From assembly GCA_964652705.1 (NCBI GenBank), contig CAZZAV010000002.1:47306-111305 (forward strand): a stretch of 64,000 bases of DNA, in the 5' to 3' direction. This DNA is from an uncultured Neisseria sp. (GTDB lineage: Bacteria > Pseudomonadota > Gammaproteobacteria > Burkholderiales > UBA11063). Every line of letters starts with the position of its first letter. Position 1 is the first letter of the stretch. This document shows positions 1 through 8,776 of the stretch, in pieces. The notes below the pieces were generated by a model. It did not search any database. It was not told the DNA's origin and worked only from the letters and a program-made list of their open reading frames with translations. Both the position numbers and the translations under genes were made by a program.

Positions 1-2
1 AG

Positions 3-401
3 AGTAATGTTTCAATGAAAGACATTGTTAATCTAAAATCGGCAGATACAAGCTTAGTTTTTAATGATGATTCTTTTTTACCAAATCAAAGTGAGAGCCT
101 TTACTATATAGGAATCTGGGGAGTGGCTAATGAAAATAATGTTGATATAAGTGGAAATTTGTTTCCTCTCAGACCTGTTGATGTTAATAAACACTCAATC
201 CAATGGTTATTCTCAATGCCTAATAGGGTTAAAGAGCTTGAGTATTCTTATGCTATATTAAAAGAAAACATTAATTCAAAAGATTTATATATATCTGAAT
301 TAGAGGCGGCTAATCTTGTGTTAAAAGAAAATATTGAGATTAAAAATAAATATATTGAAGAGTTAGAGAATGCTTTAACTTTATGTCGAACTAAAAATTA
401 G
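3..401 (+). CDS. 5'-truncated polysaccharide-locus protein with C-terminal coiled coil
   Basis: The frame is open from the window edge (AGT AAT GTT TCA, then ATG at 15), so the true start is probably upstream. It ends in a heptad-rich tail, LKENINSKDLYISELEAANLVLKENIEIKNKYIEELEN. Confidence 0.6.
   Translation, partial: SNVSMKDIVNLKSADTSLVFNDDSFLPNQSESLYYIGIWGVANENNVDISGNLFPLRPVDVNKHSIQWLFSMPNRVKELEYSYAILKENINSKDLYISELEAANLVLKENIEIKNKYIEELENALTLCRTKN
258..383 (+). repeat. Imperfect 63-bp (21-codon) tandem repeat, 2 copies
   Basis: Units start ttaaaagaaaacatt (258) and ttaaaagaaaatatt (321) and encode LKENINSKDLYISELEAANLV / LKENIEIKNKYIEELENALTL. Confidence 0.75.
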
Positions 402-425
402 TAAATATATATTTTAGGTGTTTGT

Positions 426-1466
426 ATGAGTAAAGAAAATACCATTTTAGAAAAACTATCCCATGTACCATATTATTTAGCCAAAAATTTGTGTCTGGGT
501 AAGTCTATTTTGGATGCCGCTTGTGGGGATGGTGAGACAAGTAATTTATTGCTATCATTTGGTGCGGACAAAGTCACTGGTGTGGATTTAAGTGTCGAGC
601 TTATTAAAAAAGCACAAGATAATAATTTTGATCAAAAATTACAATTTCATGTCGCAAATGTTGAACAACTAGAAAATTTTTTTGAAAATGAGAAATTTGA
701 CGTAATTATTTCAAATCAAACAATTGAGCATGTTGTTGACGTTGACAAATTTATTGCTTCATTAAAGTATTTGATAAAAGAGGATGGAACTATCATTATT
801 TCTTGTCCTAATGAATCAGATTTGACCGAATCGTTATCTTTTGATAATCACCATACTAAGTTTTCATACGAGTCATTTGTTCATAAATTATCAGTAATTC
901 TAGATATGCCTTATGTGATAATTGGCTCTTATCCTATATCTGGCTTAATTAGCCAAAATATTTCAGGTGAAGTTAAACAAATCAGCCGCGCTGCTACCAT
1001 TATTCAAAATTCTTATGATAGCTTTAATCAAACAAATGCTAGGTTGTTTACTGCTGTTTTTTCGCGTAGTATAAATTTTGAACCCTTTATTGACTTGGAT
1101 ATCCATAGCCAAACATCTTGGAGTAGTTTAGTTAAATATGACTATCTGAACGAATTAAAAATCAACCGAGAGATCTTTGAATTAAAGCAACGGTCACTAA
1201 TCTCTGAAGCATTAAGGATTGAATTGGAGTTTTCCAATGATGTAATATGGCGGCTTAATAATGAATGTGACGTCCTTAAAAGTGATCTTGAATCATTGAA
1301 ATATAAATGCTTATCTTTAAAGTATGAATGTGACGTCCTTAAAAGTGATCTTGAATCATTGAAATATAAATGCTTATCTTTAAAGTATTGTATCAAGCAA
1401 GTAATCAAGCTATCTATTAAAAAGATCTTGCCGATCAAAATAATTAATTTCATGAAAAAGTCTTAA
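426..1466 (+). CDS. Class I SAM-dependent methyltransferase with C-terminal coiled coil and basic amphipathic tail (WbdD-like architecture)
   Basis: SAM motif ILDAACGDG, plus VTGVDLS and FDVIISNQTIEHV. The C-terminus is a heptad repeat followed by VIKLSIKKILPIKIINFMKKS. Confidence 0.8.
   Translation: MSKENTILEKLSHVPYYLAKNLCLGKSILDAACGDGETSNLLLSFGADKVTGVDLSVELIKKAQDNNFDQKLQFHVANVEQLENFFENEKFDVIISNQTIEHVVDVDKFIASLKYLIKEDGTIIISCPNESDLTESLSFDNHHTKFSYESFVHKLSVILDMPYVIIGSYPISGLISQNISGEVKQISRAATIIQNSYDSFNQTNARLFTAVFSRSINFEPFIDLDIHSQTSWSSLVKYDYLNELKINREIFELKQRSLISEALRIELEFSNDVIWRLNNECDVLKSDLESLKYKCLSLKYECDVLKSDLESLKYKCLSLKYCIKQVIKLSIKKILPIKIINFMKKS
1261..1388 (+). repeat. Exact 63-bp tandem duplication inside the methyltransferase coiled coil
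   Basis: 1261-1323 is identical to 1324-1386 (plus 2 nt). It encodes ECDVLKSDLESLKYKCLSLKY twice. Confidence 0.97.
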
Positions 1467-1467
1467 G

Positions 1468-3444
1468 ATGAAAGATATTCAACTTTTAAGCTTGTTAAAC
1501 AGAATTCCGCTAGGTCAGCGTGGTGTAGGCGTTTTAGGAGAAAATCTTACCATCTCCACCCTTTCATTAGAGAGGCCAAGTCTTACATTAAAGTTATTGA
1601 GTTCTATTGAAATACATATTAGCGGTTTTAGAGGAAAGATATTAATTGTTGACAATGGGTCAACAAAAGAGACAATTGACATCTTAGAAGAGTATATTAA
1701 AAAAAGCACTCTAAGTATTCGCTTGGTAAAGGCTAAAACAAATCTTGGGGTAGCTGGAGGCAGAAACTATTCTGCTCAATTTGTCGAAACTGATTGGGTC
1801 ATGTTTTTAGATAATGATATTTATATTGAGAATGATTTTTTATCAATACTGCATAATGAAATAGATGTTTTAGGAACTCATTTTATTTCATTGCCCTTGA
1901 AAAATCCTGATGGTACATTTTTTGCTCAGGGTGGAAAAATATTTATTACCAATATTGATGCTAAACAGATTCACATTGGTGGAGGTAATGCAGATTTAGA
2001 GTTAAATCATCCTGAATTATCTTCTTTTTTATTTGGTGGTGCGTCTGTTTTAAATGTACATTCTTTCAAAAAAGTTGGTATGTTCAATCAGGGTATGTTT
2101 ATAGGTTTTGAGGATACAGAATTTTCAATACGACTATGGCAGTTTGGATATAAAGTTGCGACGAGCACAGTTAAATGTTTTATTCATGATCATCCAATTG
2201 CAACAGCAGATGAAGATGTTAATTATGAAAAAAAAAGATTTTCAACAAATCATATTCTTCGGTCAGCAAAAGTTGGAGAATCTAAACACTTTTTTTCTTT
2301 TTTATCACCACATGATATGGAGTGGCTAAACTCTAAACTAGCTAATTATGATGATAATCAGATTGATGGGGCTAAAAATATTCCACATGCGAAAGAAATT
2401 AGTTGTAATAAATTAAAAATAGGTATTGTTCTGGATGTTGTGGACTGGGCATTTGCAAATATTATATTTAATGTTGTTAATTTAAAACAAAGTAAATTTG
2501 AATTTATTGTTGTGCCAGCAAATGATTTTATGTCTTTTGATGGTAATTTAGCTAGAATTATGATGTCTATTGAATCATGCTCAATTGTGCATTTTATGTG
2601 GCGAGCGCATCTTTTTAACTTAGAGGGGATTGTCAAAGATTTTTGCAATTCGAAAAAAATAAGTTATATAGATTTTGAGCTTCGATTTATTAAGTGCAAA
2701 CTTTTTTCAGCTTGTGTTTATGATCATTCGTTAGATCCGAGTGGTGATAAATTTATTTATGATTCATTTGTTAATCTTGTTAAAACTAATTATTATGTTT
2801 CCAGTAATGTGCTTCGCCATAACTATGAACAGATAGATGGTTTACCATCCCCAAGAGCTGTTTGTCCAGATGGTGTTGATCTAAAGCTTTTTAAACCATG
2901 TAATTTATCAAGATTTAATTTACCACAGTTGAATGATCGTGTCATTAAAATTGGCTGGACAGGAAATAGTAAATGGGGAGAAAATGACCATAAAGGTCTT
3001 CATACTATTATTAAGCCTGCAATTGAAAGACTACAATTGGATGGATATTTAGTAAAGCTTGAGATAGCAGATCGAAATATTGTTAAACGTGAACAATATG
3101 ATATGCCTGAGTTTTATAATTCAATTGATATTTATGCTTGTGCTTCGTTAAATGAGGGAACCCCGAATACGGTTCTAGAGTCAATGGCTTGCGGGATTAT
3201 GGTTGTAACCACAGACGTAGGAATAGTACGAGATGCATTAGGACCTAAGCAGCAGCAATATATAGCGGATAGAACAGTTGATGATTTCTATATTAAACTA
3301 AAAACATTATTAGATAATAAAAATCAGTGGTCGGAGTTAGGTAGAGAAAATTTGGAATATATAAAATCATGGGACTGGCCATTAAAAGCACAGCTAATTA
3401 TAGATTATTTTAGTGAATTAGCTCTTTCATTGCAAAAAGGATAA
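1468..3444 (+). CDS. Bifunctional glycosyltransferase (GT2 N-terminal + GT4 C-terminal)
   Basis: GT-A motifs IVDNGS, NLGVAGGRN, FLDND and GFEDTEFS. GT-B motif SLNEGTPNTVLESMACG. Confidence 0.85.
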   Translation: MKDIQLLSLLNRIPLGQRGVGVLGENLTISTLSLERPSLTLKLLSSIEIHISGFRGKILIVDNGSTKETIDILEEYIKKSTLSIRLVKAKTNLGVAGGRNYSAQFVETDWVMFLDNDIYIENDFLSILHNEIDVLGTHFISLPLKNPDGTFFAQGGKIFITNIDAKQIHIGGGNADLELNHPELSSFLFGGASVLNVHSFKKVGMFNQGMFIGFEDTEFSIRLWQFGYKVATSTVKCFIHDHPIATADEDVNYEKKRFSTNHILRSAKVGESKHFFSFLSPHDMEWLNSKLANYDDNQIDGAKNIPHAKEISCNKLKIGIVLDVVDWAFANIIFNVVNLKQSKFEFIVVPANDFMSFDGNLARIMMSIESCSIVHFMWRAHLFNLEGIVKDFCNSKKISYIDFELRFIKCKLFSACVYDHSLDPSGDKFIYDSFVNLVKTNYYVSSNVLRHNYEQIDGLPSPRAVCPDGVDLKLFKPCNLSRFNLPQLNDRVIKIGWTGNSKWGENDHKGLHTIIKPAIERLQLDGYLVKLEIADRNIVKREQYDMPEFYNSIDIYACASLNEGTPNTVLESMACGIMVVTTDVGIVRDALGPKQQQYIADRTVDDFYIKLKTLLDNKNQWSELGRENLEYIKSWDWPLKAQLIIDYFSELALSLQKG

Positions 3445-3447
3445 ATT

Positions 3448-4797
3448 ATGATATTAAAAAATAAATATAAAGTTATTATGCTTGTTATTTGGCTGTTTAT
3501 GGCTTGTTGTTTCTATGCTCTATACTCACCAGGGCTATTATCGCCAGATTCATGGGACCAGTTAAGTCAAGCATTAACTGGAAAATTTAATAATTGGCAA
3601 CCTGCTATTATGCAAATTCTATGGCATTGGTTGATTCCTGTGTTTGGTGTTTCTGCTTTATTGTTGTTTCATGTGGCTCTGTATTTTCTATCATTGATAC
3701 TGTTATCATTTTGGTTTATAAATAGGTTCAGGGTTTTTCCTGTAAGTATTATTTTGTTAGGTCTTTTCCCCACCTCTCTTTATGTGTTAATGTGGGTATG
3801 GAAAGATGTTGGTTTTGCAGTGGTATTGTTTATAATTGTAGTTCAGGTATTGGTTGTTGAAAATAAAAATAAATTTGTACACTGGGTTATATTGTTAATG
3901 TTATTTTGGTATGTGATAAATGTTAGAATTGGGAATTCTTTTGTAGTGTTACCAATTCTATACTATTTAATCAGTAAAAGTTATGTATTTTCAACTGGAG
4001 GTATTAAAAACAGAGTTTATTCATTTTTAACTTCAATAATTATTATCGTATGTAGTCTTGTATTTCAAATGTTAATAAATGCGTACTATGATGTAAAACC
4101 AAATAACGCATCACACCCATATTATATAGATATGGTTGCAACGCTTGTGCAAACTGGAAAACCATCTGCGATTAACGAATTTCCAGATTATTTAATGAAA
4201 GATCCTAAGAAAAAAGATGAGTTGGTAATTTTGTATAAAAAAGATCCCTATTGGGCAGATAATTTTGCTTGGGGTCCCGCTAGTAAGCTGGTTTATCCTA
4301 ATATTGGTTCGAAGGTGGTGGCTCCTTATTTAAGGATTATTTCAGCACACCCGCTAGCATACTTAGAGCACCGTATCTACTTTGGATTTTATTTATTAAT
4401 GACAAAAAGTATTGTTTGGTCTGCTATAAAAACCGAGGATTGTAGCCTAAATGAGTATCAAAAATCAGCGTTAAACAATAATATTAAATATATAAATACT
4501 GAGATACGGGGAAATATGGTAACGGGATTTTTCGATAAATATGTAAACATTTTATCTTTTTTATACATGCCATTAATTCATTTTATATTTGCAGTTATAA
4601 CATTATGCTATTTTACATATAAGAGGCAATTTACCTTAATTAGCGCTATATCAAGTTCGATCTTACTGTATTTTTGTATAATGTTTTTCTTTTGTCCAAT
4701 TATTGGGGAAACTCGTTATTTCTATTGGGTCTATTTATTAAATAATTTTAATATATGGTTATTATATATGCGTTTTAAATATAATATTGCTGTATAG
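3448..4797 (+). CDS. Polytopic membrane protein, probable GT-C glycosyltransferase (GtrX/GtrII-type)
   Basis: Many hydrophobic segments and a first loop SPDSWDQLSQALTG..WQP with acidic residues. It lies directly upstream of GtrA/GtrB homologues. Confidence 0.6.
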   Translation: MILKNKYKVIMLVIWLFMACCFYALYSPGLLSPDSWDQLSQALTGKFNNWQPAIMQILWHWLIPVFGVSALLLFHVALYFLSLILLSFWFINRFRVFPVSIILLGLFPTSLYVLMWVWKDVGFAVVLFIIVVQVLVVENKNKFVHWVILLMLFWYVINVRIGNSFVVLPILYYLISKSYVFSTGGIKNRVYSFLTSIIIIVCSLVFQMLINAYYDVKPNNASHPYYIDMVATLVQTGKPSAINEFPDYLMKDPKKKDELVILYKKDPYWADNFAWGPASKLVYPNIGSKVVAPYLRIISAHPLAYLEHRIYFGFYLLMTKSIVWSAIKTEDCSLNEYQKSALNNNIKYINTEIRGNMVTGFFDKYVNILSFLYMPLIHFIFAVITLCYFTYKRQFTLISAISSSILLYFCIMFFFCPIIGETRYFYWVYLLNNFNIWLLYMRFKYNIAV

Positions 4798-5190
4798 ATG
4801 ACTTATAGTATTTTTAGAGATATCCCAAACTTTATTAAATTTTTATTTATCGGTGGTTTTAATACAGCTGTTTGTATGCTATTATTTTGGCTACTAAATA
4901 GAACTGGCCTGAATTATTTGTTGTCTAGTGGATTGATGAATGTGTTTGGAGTAATCGAGGGTTATATCTTAAATGCTATTCTGCTCTACAAAAGTAAAAT
5001 CAGGTTTAAAGATTTACTGAAATATGGGAATGTGTATTTATTTGCTTTTATTGCAAATTTGTTGCTTATGTACGGATTTGTTACTGGCTTAAATTTGCCG
5101 AAATTGTTTTCTCAGATATTAACTACTGGTTTGTTAACAATAATAAATTATCAAATTATTAAATTATTTGTATTTAAGGTGAAAAACTAA
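4798..5190 (+). CDS. gtrA: GtrA-family undecaprenyl-P-sugar translocase
   Basis: 130 aa with 4 TM segments and FIKFLFIGGFNT at the N-terminus. It is adjacent to the GtrB homologue. Confidence 0.85.
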   Translation: MTYSIFRDIPNFIKFLFIGGFNTAVCMLLFWLLNRTGLNYLLSSGLMNVFGVIEGYILNAILLYKSKIRFKDLLKYGNVYLFAFIANLLLMYGFVTGLNLPKLFSQILTTGLLTIINYQIIKLFVFKVKN

Positions 5191-6143
5191 TGATGAATAA
5201 GAAAAAGATTGCAGTGTTAATTCCTGCTTATAATGAAGAACAAACTATTCGTGATGTTATTATTGATTTTTGGTTATATGGCAAAAAAGATCAATATGAC
5301 TATAAAATTTATGTTGTAGATAATAACTCAAATGACAAGACTAATCAAATAGCCAAGGAAACATTTTTGGAGTTAGGTGTTACAGGTGACGTTATGTTTG
5401 TTCGCCGTCAAGGAAAAGCTAATGCAGTAAAATATGCTTTCCAAAAAATCGATGCCGATGTTTATATTATGATTGATGCTGATTGTACTTATTGGGCAGA
5501 AGATATTGATAAATTTATTGATCCAATTTTAAATGAAGATATGGACATGGTCATAGGCGATAGAATGTCAACAGGGCATTATGCAGATGAAAACAAAAGA
5601 GCTTTTCATGGGTTTGGTAATTCATTAGTTAAAAACATGATTAATTACATATTTAAAGCTAATCTTAAAGATATTATGACTGGATATCGAGGGTTTAGTC
5701 GAAAATTAGTAAAAAACTATCCTATTTTGTGTGAGGGTTTTGAGTTAGAAACTGATATGAGTATATTTTGTTTAGAACATAAATTCAATATTGTAGAAGT
5801 GCCAATTAAGTTTACTGATCGACCAGATGGAAGTTTTTCTAAATTAAATACTTATACAGATGGTATGAAAGTAATCTTCACAATCCTGAATATGTTCAGA
5901 AACTATAAGCCTCTTCAGTTTTTCAGTCTTATTGGTTTCGTATTGCTAATACTCGGGCTTATAGCTGGAGCGTTCCCTATAGCCAACTATATAGAAACTA
6001 AATATGTGCAACAAATTCCTATGGCAATATTGTCTGTTGGATTGGTGATTACATCTATTTTAACTTTTTCAATAGGGTTAATCCTGAGTAGTGTTAGGCG
6101 ATATCAAAATATTAATTTTGAGGTGAGAATACTGAATGAATAA
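5190..6143 (+). CDS. gtrB: GtrB/DPM1-like polyprenol-phosphate glycosyltransferase (GT2)
   Basis: Motifs LIPAYNEE, VVDNNSND, MIDADCTY, DIMTGYRGF and GFELETDM. Two C-terminal TM helices. Confidence 0.85.
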   Translation: MMNKKKIAVLIPAYNEEQTIRDVIIDFWLYGKKDQYDYKIYVVDNNSNDKTNQIAKETFLELGVTGDVMFVRRQGKANAVKYAFQKIDADVYIMIDADCTYWAEDIDKFIDPILNEDMDMVIGDRMSTGHYADENKRAFHGFGNSLVKNMINYIFKANLKDIMTGYRGFSRKLVKNYPILCEGFELETDMSIFCLEHKFNIVEVPIKFTDRPDGSFSKLNTYTDGMKVIFTILNMFRNYKPLQFFSLIGFVLLILGLIAGAFPIANYIETKYVQQIPMAILSVGLVITSILTFSIGLILSSVRRYQNINFEVRILNE

Positions 6144-6362
6144 TTCTGAAATCGGTTTTGACCAAGGTTACAAAATTAAGTTGTTTATGGGGTAGTTTGC
6201 ATGTGTGAATTTTTTATTTAAAGTTAAGTATTTATAATATGTATTTTTTGGCTCTTTCGAGTTTCGTGTGGGTAAGGCTAAAAACTTAACCCACCCATTA
6301 CTAAATAAATTAACGCTTTAAAATGTATATTTAGTTATTTTAATTTTAATGATAATTTAATA

Positions 6363-6815
6363 ATGAGCTCAATATACTATTCATTTTATTTTTTTATTGG
6401 ATTTATACTATTTAAAAATAAGAGGGTTTTGACCTTATTTTTGTCTTCTGTTTATATACCGCTGTTTTTATCTATGTATGCAAGTGCTTTTTTTATTTCA
6501 AATTCTTTCATTAATAATATCGTTATACGTGATCTTCTTACCGGTGTTGGAGCATGTGGTTTTATTTGTATCGCATTAGAAAATAAAATAATAAGAAAAA
6601 TTCTAAGCATAAGTATAATAAATTTTTATGGAAAAATTTCGTATTCATTTTATTTGTTTCATTTACCAATAATGTACTTGGTCTTGTACACTATTAATGG
6701 TGATTTATTGTTTTGTAAGGTATTAATTTTTTTATTAACTTCTTTTGTAGCGTATATAAATTATTTATTAATTGAAGAAAGATTTATTAAAGTTGGTAAG
6801 GTCTTATTTAACTAG
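6363..6815 (+). pseudogene. C-terminal fragment of an acyltransferase-3 (OafA-like) O-acyltransferase
   Basis: GKISYSFYLFHLP and YLLIEERFIKVG match the C-terminus of the full-length paralogue at 30252-31217. The N-terminal half is absent and there is an in-frame stop at 6306-6308. Confidence 0.7.
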
Positions 6816-6862
6816 GCTAGTGTAGATTAAGTTATGCTTTTTACATCGAGGTGTGATATTTG

Positions 6863-8776
6863 ATGAGTACAATATTTATTGATTTTTTTGATACGATAGT
6901 GCATCGTGCTATACCACCAGAAGAGGTTAAGAAGCTTTGGGCTAAAATCTTGGCTGTTGATTTAAAACTAGAAGTGGATATTTACCAGCTACGTTTTAAA
7001 ATTGAGGCACAACTTTGTGCGGATAATTTTATCAAGCATCAAGAGAATGAGTTTCGTTATAATGATATGTGCGCTCTGCTATGGAATGATTTGAAAGGAT
7101 TTACTGATTTAAACTTTGAAAGATTTTTAATAATATGCCGTAGTTTAGAGCTGCGAATAGAAAAACAAGTTCAGTATGTAAATAACGATAATGTTAAATT
7201 TTTAATAGATTCTAAAAATAATGGTAAAAAGATTTATTTAATCAGTGACTTTTATTTTGATTTAGCACTATTTGAAGAGTTACTAAAGTTTCATAATTTG
7301 TCTGAATTGTTTAATGGTGTATTTATTTCTAGTGAATATATTGCGTCTAAGCGTAGTGGTAGGTTGTATCAGAAAGTACAAGAAATATTGAACCTTACCT
7401 CTTTTGATAATTCCCTTATGATCGGTGATAATCAAATTGCCGATGTAGTTAATGCTAAACAGGCTGGGTTAAATGTTCATTGGAGTGACGCATCGGTCAA
7501 GCATAAATATTATAGTACTACCTCAGCGACTGAAAACCTTGCATTATTAATTGGTAAGTTTAATTATGCCTATAATGTCAATCAAAAACTAATTTATCCA
7601 GAGTTAGCTTTATCTTTACATTTATTTATTGTTAAATTGGTGAGTGAATTAAAGATAGCTGGTGCAAAAGATGTTTTATTTATGGCTCGCGAAGGTGAAT
7701 TTTTAAAAAAACTATTTGATCAGTATGTATCTTTCACTGGCGATGCTATTCGTTCACATTATTTTTATGTATCGCGCCGATCAACGTTTTTGCCTTCTTT
7801 ATCTTCGCTAGACCAAGAAGACTTTCATGTTTTATTCCGTCAATATATAAACATTTCACCGCGTGAATTTTTATTAAATCTAAATTTTGAGGATATACAA
7901 ATACGCGAATTGCAAAATGTTATTGATTATGATTTTGCAGCTAGAGTAGATAATTTTCCAGAATCAATTGAGTTTCATCAACTCAAGCTTTGTCGTTTAT
8001 TTGGTGAATTATATGAGGATAATCGATTACAACAGCTTCAAAATTTTAACCATTATTTTTCCAGCTTTAATCTTGATTGCAATGAATTATTTATTGTTGA
8101 TGTCGGTTGGAAGGGAAGTATTCAGGATAATTTAGCAAATATCTTTAAAACGCTAAAAATTAATGGATATTACCTAGGCTTAAATATTGCGACAGGTGAG
8201 ACGACAAAGAGTACTAAAAAAGGTTTATTATTTGATCCATTGACAGCATTTGATATTTCATGTTCTAGTTCAATCTATAATGAATGTACTTCATTGTATG
8301 AAGTTATACTGGGTGCATCACACGGCAGTACCAGCAAGTATTTACCAGACGGTAGTGTGGAGTTGCTTGAAAATGAGATTGAGAGGAATTTATTTCATAA
8401 CACTATTCTACCCATTCAGCAAGAAATGTTAAACTATATACGACTAGTCGGTGGTATTTTTGCTTGGTCAAATAAAACTTCAAATGAAATTGAAAATTTT
8501 ATTGTGCGTAATTATGCCAATTTTATTTTTAATCCATCCGCGAAACAAGTTGAGCTGTTTTCCAGTGTCTATCATGTTGAAAGCTTTGGTGTTCATGAGA
8601 CAACTAAATTTATTTCTGGAGGTGGAAGTTTTTTTTCTAGCCTAAAGAAATTTATTAGAGCTCCAAAGAGGTATATAAAGACTTCTTTTTGGACCGCTCA
8701 AAAATTAACTGTAGAGAAGCTAGGTGTTTTGAAACCAATTTATAAATTTTATCGAATGAGAAAGATAGTTAAATGA
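6863..8776 (+). CDS. HAD phosphatase + phosphoribosyltransferase-like two-domain protein, probable ribofuranosyltransferase
   Basis: N-terminal HAD motifs IDFFDT, LISDFY, KRSG and MIGDN..AD. C-terminal FMAREG, VSRRS and a PRPP-loop-like FIVDVGWKGSIQ. The ATG at 6863 follows a GAGG RBS. Confidence 0.65.
   Translation: MSTIFIDFFDTIVHRAIPPEEVKKLWAKILAVDLKLEVDIYQLRFKIEAQLCADNFIKHQENEFRYNDMCALLWNDLKGFTDLNFERFLIICRSLELRIEKQVQYVNNDNVKFLIDSKNNGKKIYLISDFYFDLALFEELLKFHNLSELFNGVFISSEYIASKRSGRLYQKVQEILNLTSFDNSLMIGDNQIADVVNAKQAGLNVHWSDASVKHKYYSTTSATENLALLIGKFNYAYNVNQKLIYPELALSLHLFIVKLVSELKIAGAKDVLFMAREGEFLKKLFDQYVSFTGDAIRSHYFYVSRRSTFLPSLSSLDQEDFHVLFRQYINISPREFLLNLNFEDIQIRELQNVIDYDFAARVDNFPESIEFHQLKLCRLFGELYEDNRLQQLQNFNHYFSSFNLDCNELFIVDVGWKGSIQDNLANIFKTLKINGYYLGLNIATGETTKSTKKGLLFDPLTAFDISCSSSIYNECTSLYEVILGASHGSTSKYLPDGSVELLENEIERNLFHNTILPIQQEMLNYIRLVGGIFAWSNKTSNEIENFIVRNYANFIFNPSAKQVELFSSVYHVESFGVHETTKFISGGGSFFSSLKKFIRAPKRYIKTSFWTAQKLTVEKLGVLKPIYKFYRMRKIVK

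Noticed and set aside
1142-1453. Minus-strand ORF with repeated SHSYFKDKHLYFNDSRSLLRT
   Set aside because: It is the antisense shadow of the 63-bp duplication in the methyltransferase and has no independent coding signal.
2228-2236. A9 homopolymer in the GT2/GT4 gene as a phase-variation tract
   Set aside because: In frame (EKKR), and runs of this length are expected in such AT-rich DNA. No long poly-G/C tracts were seen.
6136-6195. Short ORF MNNSEIGFDQGYKIKLFMG overlapping the gtrB stop, as the lost acyltransferase N-terminus
   Set aside because: It lacks the D.LRG.A motif expected at the N-terminus of acyltransferase-3 proteins.
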